DNA of 64,000 nucleotides from an uncultured Spirochaetota bacterium (GTDB taxonomy: Bacteria; Spirochaetota; Brevinematia; Brevinematales; JAOACQ01): NCBI GenBank assembly GCA_963783575.1, contig CAWAOD010000009.1, positions 416,001-480,000 of the forward strand, written 5' to 3'. The translations under genes were made by a program, and so were the position numbers. Shown one piece after another: positions 20,981-29,656 of the stretch (position 1 is its first letter; each line of letters opens with the position of its first letter). The notes below the pieces were generated by a model, which saw only the letters and a program-made list of their open reading frames with translations, was not told where the DNA came from and ran no database searches.

Positions 20981-21049
20981 ACAATGGCAAGCCATTCTGG
21001 TAATGGCAATCCATACGGATAATGATTTCAATGCCTATTTGCGGAAGTT

Positions 21050-21442
21050 TTATTTGCTTTCCTTATTCAAAACTAACTTATAAATAATGGAAGAGATTAT
21101 AATTGAAATAAAAATAAAAAGCGGCAATAAAATCAGTTGTATTATTTTTAAATCATGATGAATAAAAGTATGATTAATTACTGTCAGCAATATAACTATT
21201 GGCAATATGATTATAACCTGAATGATATTGAATTTTACTAAATTAACAGGCCTGACAAAAAAATAATAAAGAGTAATATTTATTATTGACAGCAATATTA
21301 CAAGGATGGAATGTAAAATCATATTTCCTGGAGTAATAATTCCCATAATTGTAAGCTCAACATAAAGCATGACCAGCAGAATAATAAAACCAATAATCGC
21401 TTTTTCATTGAGTAATATTTCCTTCTTAAAAAACCATTTCAT
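21050..21442 (-). CDS. hypothetical membrane protein (about 4 TM)
   Basis: four hydrophobic stretches. Confidence 0.6.
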   Translation of the reverse strand: MKWFFKKEILLNEKAIIGFIILLVMLYVELTIMGIITPGNMILHSILVILLSIINITLYYFFVRPVNLVKFNIIQVIIILPIVILLTVINHTFIHHDLKIIQLILLPLFIFISIIISSIIYKLVLNKESK

Positions 21443-21451
21443 AAAATAACC

Positions 21452-22243
21452 TTATATCCCCATAAATATATCTTCCAGTTTATTCAAAACAGATTCTCTC
21501 TTCCAGAATTTCCAGCCATGAATCTGGTCTGTACCGAGATCAAGGAAATTGATTATTTCGACATTATCAGGATTATTTTGAGTCAGATTTTTGGCTTGAG
21601 TTGAATAAACGGACTTTTCCTCACAGAAAAGATAAATTTTAAGTCGATCGAATTTTTTAATTATTTCAACCGGGTTTTCATTGTGCCAGGATTCTTTATC
21701 GCCGCCGAATTGCTTCAAATGAATGCGGTATTCTCCGCTGAACTTATCGAGTTTAGAGTAATCAAAAGTCCCGGAAATAGCGATAATTTCAGCCCTGTTT
21801 GTGATAATTGACGCAAACTTCAAAACCCCTTCAACTCCTGTTGAGATGCCTGAAAAAATAATTCTGGCGCTCAAGCCATATTTATTAATAATGCCGCGAT
21901 GGATTCCTGATAACCATAACATATCAGGGTGGATTTTTGTTGTTCCCTTTTCATATAGAGGGTAAACCGTGCCGGGGATATCAGGAAGGATTATCATAGC
22001 ATGGATTCTTCCGGATATTTTCTCAAGTTCCCAGTATCTTATTATCCAAACAGGGTTCTGGCGGTAGGGATCGGATTCGGCCTGAAATCCGGGAAAAATC
22101 CAGATTATTTTTTGAATATCTTCACCGTCTTTATTTACAATAAATATTTTGTTTTTTTGACCGGGGCCTGGTATTATTGTTACTGATGAATAAGCATAAC
22201 CTAAAGTAAAAATAATCATTATAAGAAATATTTCAAATTTCAT
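21452..22243 (-). CDS. exported alpha/beta-hydrolase (esterase-like)
   Basis: signal peptide, GISTG (GxSxG), C-terminal H.W.FW. Confidence 0.6.
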   Translation of the reverse strand: MKFEIFLIMIIFTLGYAYSSVTIIPGPGQKNKIFIVNKDGEDIQKIIWIFPGFQAESDPYRQNPVWIIRYWELEKISGRIHAMIILPDIPGTVYPLYEKGTTKIHPDMLWLSGIHRGIINKYGLSARIIFSGISTGVEGVLKFASIITNRAEIIAISGTFDYSKLDKFSGEYRIHLKQFGGDKESWHNENPVEIIKKFDRLKIYLFCEEKSVYSTQAKNLTQNNPDNVEIINFLDLGTDQIHGWKFWKRESVLNKLEDIFMGI

Positions 22244-22267
22244 AATTACCTTACAAACGAATAATGC

Positions 22268-24589
22268 TTATTCTTTAAGAACAAGGCGAAATGTAAAGAA
22301 CAGGGTTCCAACAGTATAAACCGCCAGACCGATTATGAATACTGCTGTGAAGCCATATAATATCGCTATAAAAACTGCGATAAAGCTGGCTACAACTGAA
22401 AAGATGCCGTTTATAGACCACATCCAGGGAATGGAACTCTGGACGGAAGAAATGACCCTTATTCCCGAAGGCATCATGAACCCCATGAATACGCCGGTAA
22501 GGCTAACAAGTAAAGCCACAATTATAACTCTCCACACAAAAATAAAACCTATCAAAAAAGAATCCAGATATTGCGTAATTAAATATGAAAGGATGGTTGT
22601 TGTGATAATACCGCAAAGCCCGATAAATATGGCACGGTAAGGATTTTTAATTCTTTCGGAAAGAAAACTACCTATGCCGGTGCTTATAAGTAGCGCTGAA
22701 AGTACTACCGAGAACGAGTAAACCGGATGCCCAAGTATAAGAGTATATTTCTGCATAAGGACAACTTCCATCATCATAAACCCCAGGCCCAGTGAAGCGA
22801 AATATAATATGGATCCGGCTTTATTAGGCAACTTTCTTAAACCTCCGAGGTTTAGGAAAAGAAGAGGCAGAAGCATGAAAATAACGCTGTATAATGCAAC
22901 CTGTGAAGTAATCTGCCTGAGCATTAAAAAAGGCTGGGGATAATAATGCTTGATCGCATAAATATCGCGTGTGAATTCAACGGAATCGGGTTTCATATGC
23001 TGGCTGAAGAAAGGCCAGTTGTCCGTCGATGGCCGTAATTCCTGATCGCTTAAAAAATATTTGTTATCCATATTTTTTGCAAGAATCAGGTCCTCAACAA
23101 TAGAACCAGTTTTTAATCCTGGGGCATAGAGGACTTTATGGCCGGCCAATGTCATATATTTAACTACATTTTGGACTTCCTCCGGAGAAAAAACACCGTT
23201 CTTAACCAGTAATTTACACTTCCTATAATTCGAATTTTCCTCATCGCCCATAATGATTGAATGTTTGAATTCATTATCCCTTCCCAGACGGTGAAAAGCT
23301 TCTTTAAGTAGGCACGCGAATCTTTCGGCATGGGGAATTGGATTGCTTAAGTAAATAACTCCGCCCGGTTTTAGTTTATTAAGATAATCTATCATTGCCT
23401 CAACGGTAAAGAGATAACTTTCGGCTAAAGTGAAAGAACCCGACGAGACAGCAACCTGAGAAATGGAATTATCAAAAACCAAGACATCATATTTTCTCGC
23501 TGTTGAACGGATAAAAAACCTTCCTTCCTGAAACTCTACATGTACATTCGGAAGATTGGCAATATTTCCAGTAAAATTTGTATAAACTTCTTTTAATGTC
23601 CTGTATATTGTGGAATTGAATTCCGCTCCGTAAACATTTCCAGCTCCGCAGCCGAGCGCAAGCTGAATATCTTTACCTTCCCCGACTCCAATAACACCGA
23701 CATCGTCAGGGTCTTTTTTAACAACATAAGGATAATAATGGCTCTTTAATATTTTTTTGAATTCGGAAAAATCTTTTGTATACTGGGCATTATACATATA
23801 AGTAAAGCAGGTAAAGTCTGCTGTAGCGACCCTTGAACCATTAGCGCTTTCAAAAACGGCTACATACCCGAAATTATCCCAATCGGAAAATAACTTTTTG
23901 CCGAATATTTCCACATTCCTTTTTTCTTTATCAACACGGACTTCCACATCTTTAACCAGAGGATAAACAAATAAAATATCGGGAATTATTAAAAGAAGAA
24001 CCGGAATTGCTATAAAAGCATTTTGCCTAAACGCAAAGAAAGCCGCGCCTACGATCACTGCAATGGAAATTATATATGCAGTAAACATCGGACCATGGTG
24101 GGGAAATACTGCAAGGGCGAAAAAGCATCCGATACCGCCACCCAGTAAGTCAAAAAAATACAATTGATTTATTTTTTCGCTTAAATTTGAAAAAAGCGAT
24201 GAAAAGATATATCCTGCAAGTACAAAGGGGATTATAAGTGTCAGAAAAAAATCCCTGAAATAACCCTGCTGTACCGGATCGGTTGCGATATCATTCATTT
24301 GAAGAGGAATTGAATTTATATGGAGAAGTACCCAGGGAATACTGAATGCAAGCAGGGCGGAAATAATTGCCAGGAACAGGGGCAGAAACTTTTTAACAAA
24401 GCGGTTGGTAAAGAAAACAAGAAGCCCGCCAAGTCCGATTCCGAAAAGAGCCACGGAAAGAATAATAAATGCGAAATGGTACCAGAATGTCAGAGCAAAC
24501 ATACGGTTTAAGACTGTCTCCAGAGCCAGAACGGAAAGAGAAATAATAAATATTCCCGCGAAAAGCGCCCAATGTGAATGTTTTCCCAT
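22268..24589 (-). CDS. polytopic membrane protein with spermidine-synthase-like SAM-binding domain
   Basis: TM blocks flanking VIGVGEGKD, AEFN, EGRFFI, YD, ESYLFTVEA, P.TDNWPFF. Confidence 0.75.
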   Translation of the reverse strand: MGKHSHWALFAGIFIISLSVLALETVLNRMFALTFWYHFAFIILSVALFGIGLGGLLVFFTNRFVKKFLPLFLAIISALLAFSIPWVLLHINSIPLQMNDIATDPVQQGYFRDFFLTLIIPFVLAGYIFSSLFSNLSEKINQLYFFDLLGGGIGCFFALAVFPHHGPMFTAYIISIAVIVGAAFFAFRQNAFIAIPVLLLIIPDILFVYPLVKDVEVRVDKEKRNVEIFGKKLFSDWDNFGYVAVFESANGSRVATADFTCFTYMYNAQYTKDFSEFKKILKSHYYPYVVKKDPDDVGVIGVGEGKDIQLALGCGAGNVYGAEFNSTIYRTLKEVYTNFTGNIANLPNVHVEFQEGRFFIRSTARKYDVLVFDNSISQVAVSSGSFTLAESYLFTVEAMIDYLNKLKPGGVIYLSNPIPHAERFACLLKEAFHRLGRDNEFKHSIIMGDEENSNYRKCKLLVKNGVFSPEEVQNVVKYMTLAGHKVLYAPGLKTGSIVEDLILAKNMDNKYFLSDQELRPSTDNWPFFSQHMKPDSVEFTRDIYAIKHYYPQPFLMLRQITSQVALYSVIFMLLPLLFLNLGGLRKLPNKAGSILYFASLGLGFMMMEVVLMQKYTLILGHPVYSFSVVLSALLISTGIGSFLSERIKNPYRAIFIGLCGIITTTILSYLITQYLDSFLIGFIFVWRVIIVALLVSLTGVFMGFMMPSGIRVISSVQSSIPWMWSINGIFSVVASFIAVFIAILYGFTAVFIIGLAVYTVGTLFFTFRLVLKE

Positions 24590-24675
24590 AAATCAAACTT
24601 CTCCACAATATAAATTTTTAATCACTTTACTCGATTATTAGCTTGCGATAATAATAATATTGAATTATAAATACC

Positions 24676-24695
24676 GATCAAGCGGAACGCTTGTT
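24676..24695 (+). repeat. REP-like palindrome, copy 1
   Basis: GATCAAGCG-GAA-CGCTTGTT. Confidence 0.7.
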
Positions 24696-24771
24696 AAAAT
24701 AAAAATATTTTATAGGGGAGTTAGAATTTTAGCAAGTTATTCCTGTACAGTCAATCCCGGGTAATCATAAA

Positions 24772-24799
24772 AAAAGCGGCGAAATATTCCGCCGCTTTT
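24772..24799 (-). terminator. intrinsic terminator after the cyclase gene
   Basis: AAAAGCGGCG-N8-CGCCGCTTTT, with a U-tract on the minus strand. Confidence 0.8.
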
Positions 24800-24802
24800 A
24801 AA

Positions 24803-27157
24803 TTATTTTGTTTTCAATACGAATACACCATCCCAGTCATCAGGAGGAGGATTTTTCTTAAAGTTAGTACAGCGGCCGAGATATGTTTGAGAAGGGGCAT
24901 CATTGCTGTTTTTGATAATATCCTGGAACATGTTTATCGCTGTCTGCCAATTGCGGTTGTTATATTCCTGCAGGGCTTCTTCATAAAGTTTTATGGTTTT
25001 TAATAAATTTTCTTCAACCTCGCCGGTCCTTCCGACAAGTTCATATACAGCAACCGGCTTGGTTTTACCGACCACCCGGAGCAAATCGAGTTTTCTAACA
25101 ATAAATTTATCTTTTACATATTCGTATGTGCTGTCCGAAATCATCGTATAAGTACCATATGCTTTATTCGCTCCTTCAAAACGTGATGCCGAGTTTACAG
25201 TATCGCCCATCATTGTATAGTCCATTCTCTGCTGGGATCCCATATTGCCGATGACAGCCTGGCCTGTATTGATGCCCATTCTGGCGTTCAATGACGGAAG
25301 TCCTTCTTTTTCCCAATCACTCCTGAGTCTTTGCAGTGTCGCCTGCATATCCACTGCTGCGTTGCAGCAGCGGATGGCATGATCCGGATGCGGTATAGGC
25401 GCTCCAAAAAATGCCACAATGGCATCCCCCTCATATTTATCTACAGTTCCGCCGTTTGCAAGAATAATGTCTGTCATTGCGGTTAGATATTTATTCAACA
25501 ACCCTACCAGATCTTCAGGGGATAATTTTTCCGAAATTGAGGTGAAGCCGGCAACATCAGAGAAGTATGCCGTTATCTCTCTTCTTTCTCCTCCGAGTTT
25601 GAGCAGGCTCGGGTTATCGATCACCTGCTTTACAACATCGGGTGAAAGGTACTGCATAAATGCCTTTTTAATATAATTTTTCTGCCTGTCATAAAGCATG
25701 AATTTATAAATGATGAAAGCTATCAAGCTGATAAATGCATGCAATAGTATCAGGATATAGTTCAAAATCTGCCCGAATAACGCTAACAAAACATAATCCA
25801 ATATTAAAATGAAGGCGATTATTAATCCCGAGAATACTATTTCTCTTAATGCCGAAGTAAGCCTTAAGCTGACAATGAAAATCATAAAACCAAGAAGTAT
25901 TATAAGACTTATATCCATATAATCGGGAACTTTTGTTAAAAACGCCTTTTGATAAATTGTATTGATAAGAGTACCCTGAAGAAGAACCAGCGGTGCCACA
26001 GGATCGATAGTTATCATACCCCTGTCCGTGCTGGCTTCGGCAGTCCATCCTGTAATGGTTATTTTACCGTTAACGACTGATATTTTATTTGAGAGTTCGC
26101 TTAAGATCGGTTCAAGAACCTTGATCTGCTCGCGAATGGCTTTTTTATCTTCCTCGCTTACGTTTTTATTTGTCAAATACGATTGATACTGTTCATATAC
26201 TTTATTGTCGTCATAATATTCAACCAGAAAACTGAACGGCAGATGTCTTCCGAAAGGATTTTGCGCCCATTTTTTTGTCCAGTTTATATACATCTCACCG
26301 TTTTCAAGGATAGGTATTTTAAAAGTTGTTTTTCCATCCCTGGAAACAAGTTTTACATAATTGCCGGGTTTTATTTCTATTTTATCCCTGTCGATATCAA
26401 ATTCATCAAAAATAATAGGCATAGATAATTGCGGGACAAGATAATCTTTATAAATGCTGAAAAGACCGATTTTCCTCAGAGACCCGTCGATATCCTTAAT
26501 GGATGTTGTAAAACCCAAGCTTTTAGCCGAGAGGTAGATTGGAAAAGCGGGGCTTTCCATTAATTTATCGGAGGGTATTGTATTGGTCAGTTTTTTGTCT
26601 TTTAAGGGTATAAAAAACTTTTCCACAATCTGTAGTTCTTGGTTCTGATCCTTTGAAATATCTGTCCTTTCTTTTGCGCTTTGATCGACGCCCCGGCATG
26701 GAAGATATACATTGATCGGGCTAATTCCGAATGCTTTCGCGAGTTCCCTGTCGGGCTGAATGACGAGATCATCCTGAATATACTGCATTGGGACCGCGGC
26801 ATTCTGCGAATCGATAAGCTGTTTAAAATTTTCCTGGTTCAATACTATGGGAGCCGGATCGATATATTCAATGTCAAGTAGTATTTTATCCGCCCCGAAT
26901 TTCTTCAGTACGCTGATTCCATTGGCAATCCTGTAACGAGGAGGAGGATAATTCCCGAGAAGATCGATTGTCTGGTCGTCTATATCCACGTAAAGAATCT
27001 TATTCCATTCGGCAGGCCTCGGCTTGATCATGGAAAAAATATCGTAAAGCTTTAAATCCAGCAGCCGCCCGGGAGGACTGTATGATATGAACAAAGCTAC
27101 AAAAATACTTACTATTACAATAATCAAACCTGTGGTAGTTTCCTTATTCCATTTCAA
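24803..27157 (-). CDS. CHASE2-domain class III adenylate cyclase
   Basis: VDIDD, D.DG..R, three TMs, then FSDVAGFT, DKYEGDA, YTMMGDTVNSASR; AGGAGG SD before TTG 27157. Confidence 0.92.
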   Translation of the reverse strand: MKWNKETTTGLIIVIVSIFVALFISYSPPGRLLDLKLYDIFSMIKPRPAEWNKILYVDIDDQTIDLLGNYPPPRYRIANGISVLKKFGADKILLDIEYIDPAPIVLNQENFKQLIDSQNAAVPMQYIQDDLVIQPDRELAKAFGISPINVYLPCRGVDQSAKERTDISKDQNQELQIVEKFFIPLKDKKLTNTIPSDKLMESPAFPIYLSAKSLGFTTSIKDIDGSLRKIGLFSIYKDYLVPQLSMPIIFDEFDIDRDKIEIKPGNYVKLVSRDGKTTFKIPILENGEMYINWTKKWAQNPFGRHLPFSFLVEYYDDNKVYEQYQSYLTNKNVSEEDKKAIREQIKVLEPILSELSNKISVVNGKITITGWTAEASTDRGMITIDPVAPLVLLQGTLINTIYQKAFLTKVPDYMDISLIILLGFMIFIVSLRLTSALREIVFSGLIIAFILILDYVLLALFGQILNYILILLHAFISLIAFIIYKFMLYDRQKNYIKKAFMQYLSPDVVKQVIDNPSLLKLGGERREITAYFSDVAGFTSISEKLSPEDLVGLLNKYLTAMTDIILANGGTVDKYEGDAIVAFFGAPIPHPDHAIRCCNAAVDMQATLQRLRSDWEKEGLPSLNARMGINTGQAVIGNMGSQQRMDYTMMGDTVNSASRFEGANKAYGTYTMISDSTYEYVKDKFIVRKLDLLRVVGKTKPVAVYELVGRTGEVEENLLKTIKLYEEALQEYNNRNWQTAINMFQDIIKNSNDAPSQTYLGRCTNFKKNPPPDDWDGVFVLKTK

Positions 27158-27179
27158 AGGCTGCCTCCTTATAAAAACA

Positions 27180-27205
27180 AAGGCGACATGAATCATGCCG
27201 CCTTA
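27180..27205 (-). terminator. hairpin with U-tract between the barrel gene and the cyclase gene
   Basis: minus strand AAGGCGGCATG-ATT-CATGTCGCCTT-TGTTTTT. Confidence 0.6.
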
Positions 27206-27222
27206 ATATAAAATGAAAATAT

Positions 27223-28422
27223 CTAAATCTTAAGGCTTATCCCGGCCAGAAGTTTATATTGATTGGTTGTTGAAATATAGGCATTCCCGGGGATAAAATA
27301 ACCGATATTCGCAAACAGAGAAATATTGGGATCAAAATCCCAATTTAATGTACCGTCAACTTCATTTCCAACAACCTGTCCGTTGCTTGAATAGGAATTC
27401 ATCGAAACAATATCCGATTCATTGTTGGTCGACATCCTTATACTATAAATATAATCAATTTTCAAAGAAAGGTGATCTTCAAAAAGTCTTGATATTATAC
27501 CTACCCGTATCAGGAATAGATTAGAAAAATCAAGCCCCTCAACTAATCCCGTGCTGTATTTCCCGTAGGCTTTAAAGCCTTCATATACATTCGTGGAATT
27601 GGTGTTGTCCCCGCTTGCTATTGCAAGCTCCCCGGTTAATCCGAATTTGATATCGTCCCCGGTCAGGTATTGAAGCCCGGCATCGATTGCCCACCCTGAA
27701 AGGGAAATATTTGTATCATAGCTGCCCAGTTCATAAATCCCGGCGATTGTAAATGTAAGGCTTGGTATAATCGTGCCTTCCGCGTTCAAACCTATATAAA
27801 GGGGATTAAAAAGCTTATTTGTGGACAGGTCCATACTATATAAAATAGTTCCTGAAACGGATTTGTTCAATAAACCCAGGGCTTCTACCACGCCTCCGGC
27901 CACGAATCTCTGCGGCCCATTTGAAAGAACGCTGTCAACGCTTTGAATATAGAATTGATTTACACCAGTTGGCATTGTTCCCGGTATGCCGGAATCATAT
28001 GCGTAAATTCTCTCCTTTAACCCAAGAAAATTTGCGCTGAGCCTTGCTCCGTCAGCCATATTCCCAATCAAAATACCGTTATTTTCAAGGTATAAATCCC
28101 TTCCCACAAGCGCCCCAAAGTTTTCGCCGTTGTATTCGACGCTTAAGCGGTCGGCATAAAAGTAGTTTGTATTTGTCACTCCTGCTGGCGGCGCGTTCAT
28201 AAATACATCTTTAAACCGGAACTTTAAGCTTAAATTATCCGATAAGTATAAATCTGCGGAAGCGTTCGCGATATTTATTAATCCGCCATAAGGATTATTG
28301 CTGATATCTGCCGTGATAAGCTGGATCGGAATATCTTCAATGCCGAATGTATAATAAAAACCGTAGGCATTTGAAATTATCAGCAGAAGAAATGGAATTA
28401 TTATTAATGTTATCTTTTTCAT
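27223..28422 (-). CDS. outer-membrane beta-barrel protein (alginate-export-like C-terminus)
   Basis: signal peptide; ASGD, G.EVD, GYFIPG.AY motifs; alternating strands. Confidence 0.65.
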   Translation of the reverse strand: MKKITLIIIPFLLLIISNAYGFYYTFGIEDIPIQLITADISNNPYGGLINIANASADLYLSDNLSLKFRFKDVFMNAPPAGVTNTNYFYADRLSVEYNGENFGALVGRDLYLENNGILIGNMADGARLSANFLGLKERIYAYDSGIPGTMPTGVNQFYIQSVDSVLSNGPQRFVAGGVVEALGLLNKSVSGTILYSMDLSTNKLFNPLYIGLNAEGTIIPSLTFTIAGIYELGSYDTNISLSGWAIDAGLQYLTGDDIKFGLTGELAIASGDNTNSTNVYEGFKAYGKYSTGLVEGLDFSNLFLIRVGIISRLFEDHLSLKIDYIYSIRMSTNNESDIVSMNSYSSNGQVVGNEVDGTLNWDFDPNISLFANIGYFIPGNAYISTTNQYKLLAGISLKI

Positions 28423-28431
28423 TACTTCCCC

Positions 28432-29121
28432 CTAAAGTCTTTCCGGTTCTGAAACCTTCGGTGTTTCTGGTATTTTTGGTACTATATTGCTTGGTATATT
28501 CTGTTGTATTACATTCTGAATAACGTTATTATGCGTATCGTTATCACTGAATTGCTCGGTTGTACCGACATTTTGCTGAACGATTCCCGTCTGGCTGAAA
28601 GTCTGCCCGTTTCCTTTTACACCGCCCTGTTCTCCCTGGGAAGCTGTAAAATGGCTGCCGGAATTATCGGCAATATCAATAGAACCCTCAATTACATCAA
28701 CCTTCATTCCTCGCGCCGGGCCGAAACTGAAATCCTCCCATGTTCCTCTGACGGAAGCCGTTCCTTTTGGAGATTGGACTTTAAAACTTGATTTTATCCC
28801 TTGAATTTTAGTAAAATGAACACTAACCTTCCCGATATCGACCGAAAGCTGCTGATCGGAAGACGTTTCGGTTGTTTTTTCCTTAAATGTTACCATAGAC
28901 AGTTCATTAACGGTAAAGAACCCTCCCTTTGTTTCCACTTTCATCGATGAACCGATTCCTGTCATTATTTTCGTATTATCCTGAATACCCATATCAACAG
29001 CGGCCGGTTGCCATTTACCGTCAAGCAGTAAGTCGACTTTACCCTGCATTTCTATAATCTTCCCCGCATACAAAAAGCCGTATAACCCGGTAATTATTAA
29101 ACCAAATATAATTATCTTCAT
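28432..29121 (-). CDS. exported FecR-domain protein
   Basis: signal peptide, GKV, I.TG.GS, FKVQSP.GTASVRGT, V.VIEGSI. Confidence 0.8.
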   Translation of the reverse strand: MKIIIFGLIITGLYGFLYAGKIIEMQGKVDLLLDGKWQPAAVDMGIQDNTKIMTGIGSSMKVETKGGFFTVNELSMVTFKEKTTETSSDQQLSVDIGKVSVHFTKIQGIKSSFKVQSPKGTASVRGTWEDFSFGPARGMKVDVIEGSIDIADNSGSHFTASQGEQGGVKGNGQTFSQTGIVQQNVGTTEQFSDNDTHNNVIQNVIQQNIPSNIVPKIPETPKVSEPERL

Positions 29122-29151
29122 ATAATCCTCCTGGATTAAAACACTTTAATA

Positions 29152-29580
29152 TTATTTCTGTTTTTCTTTTATCAACGAAACAAATTCAATAAGTTCCATG
29201 CCGCTTATATTTCTGTTCCAGAAATAATAACTCGGCAATATATTCTGGTAGATAAGGCTCTCCGCGGCATACTTCGAAAAACCTGTTAAGCTGTAAATTA
29301 TCCCGCCCCGAACTTTTTTCATCTCGATTGCTATGATCGAGAACCTGCCGGCGTTAAGCGGGTCTTCCATTTTCAAAGACATAAGCCTGCCGTTGCCTTT
29401 CAGGTCAACGCTATCTTTTTCCACATCAGGGTTGTCCAGGGAAGAAAGCATCATAACGGCATCCTCAACCGAAGCAATATCTTTATCCATAATATCCCTG
29501 ACATCGCTTGTCGATATGGAAAATCCCTGTGAAAACGTAAATAGAAGGAAAATCAAAGCTCCTCCAAATAACCATTTCAT
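29152..29580 (-). CDS. exported hypothetical protein
   Basis: signal peptide; GAGG SD; co-oriented with the FecR gene. Confidence 0.7.
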   Translation of the reverse strand: MKWLFGGALIFLLFTFSQGFSISTSDVRDIMDKDIASVEDAVMMLSSLDNPDVEKDSVDLKGNGRLMSLKMEDPLNAGRFSIIAIEMKKVRGGIIYSLTGFSKYAAESLIYQNILPSYYFWNRNISGMELIEFVSLIKEKQK

Positions 29581-29656
29581 TATAAACCTCCGATATCTTT
29601 TGTTTTCAATATCTTATATTTTCAATATTTATACTTCAAAACCGGTCCCAAATTAC

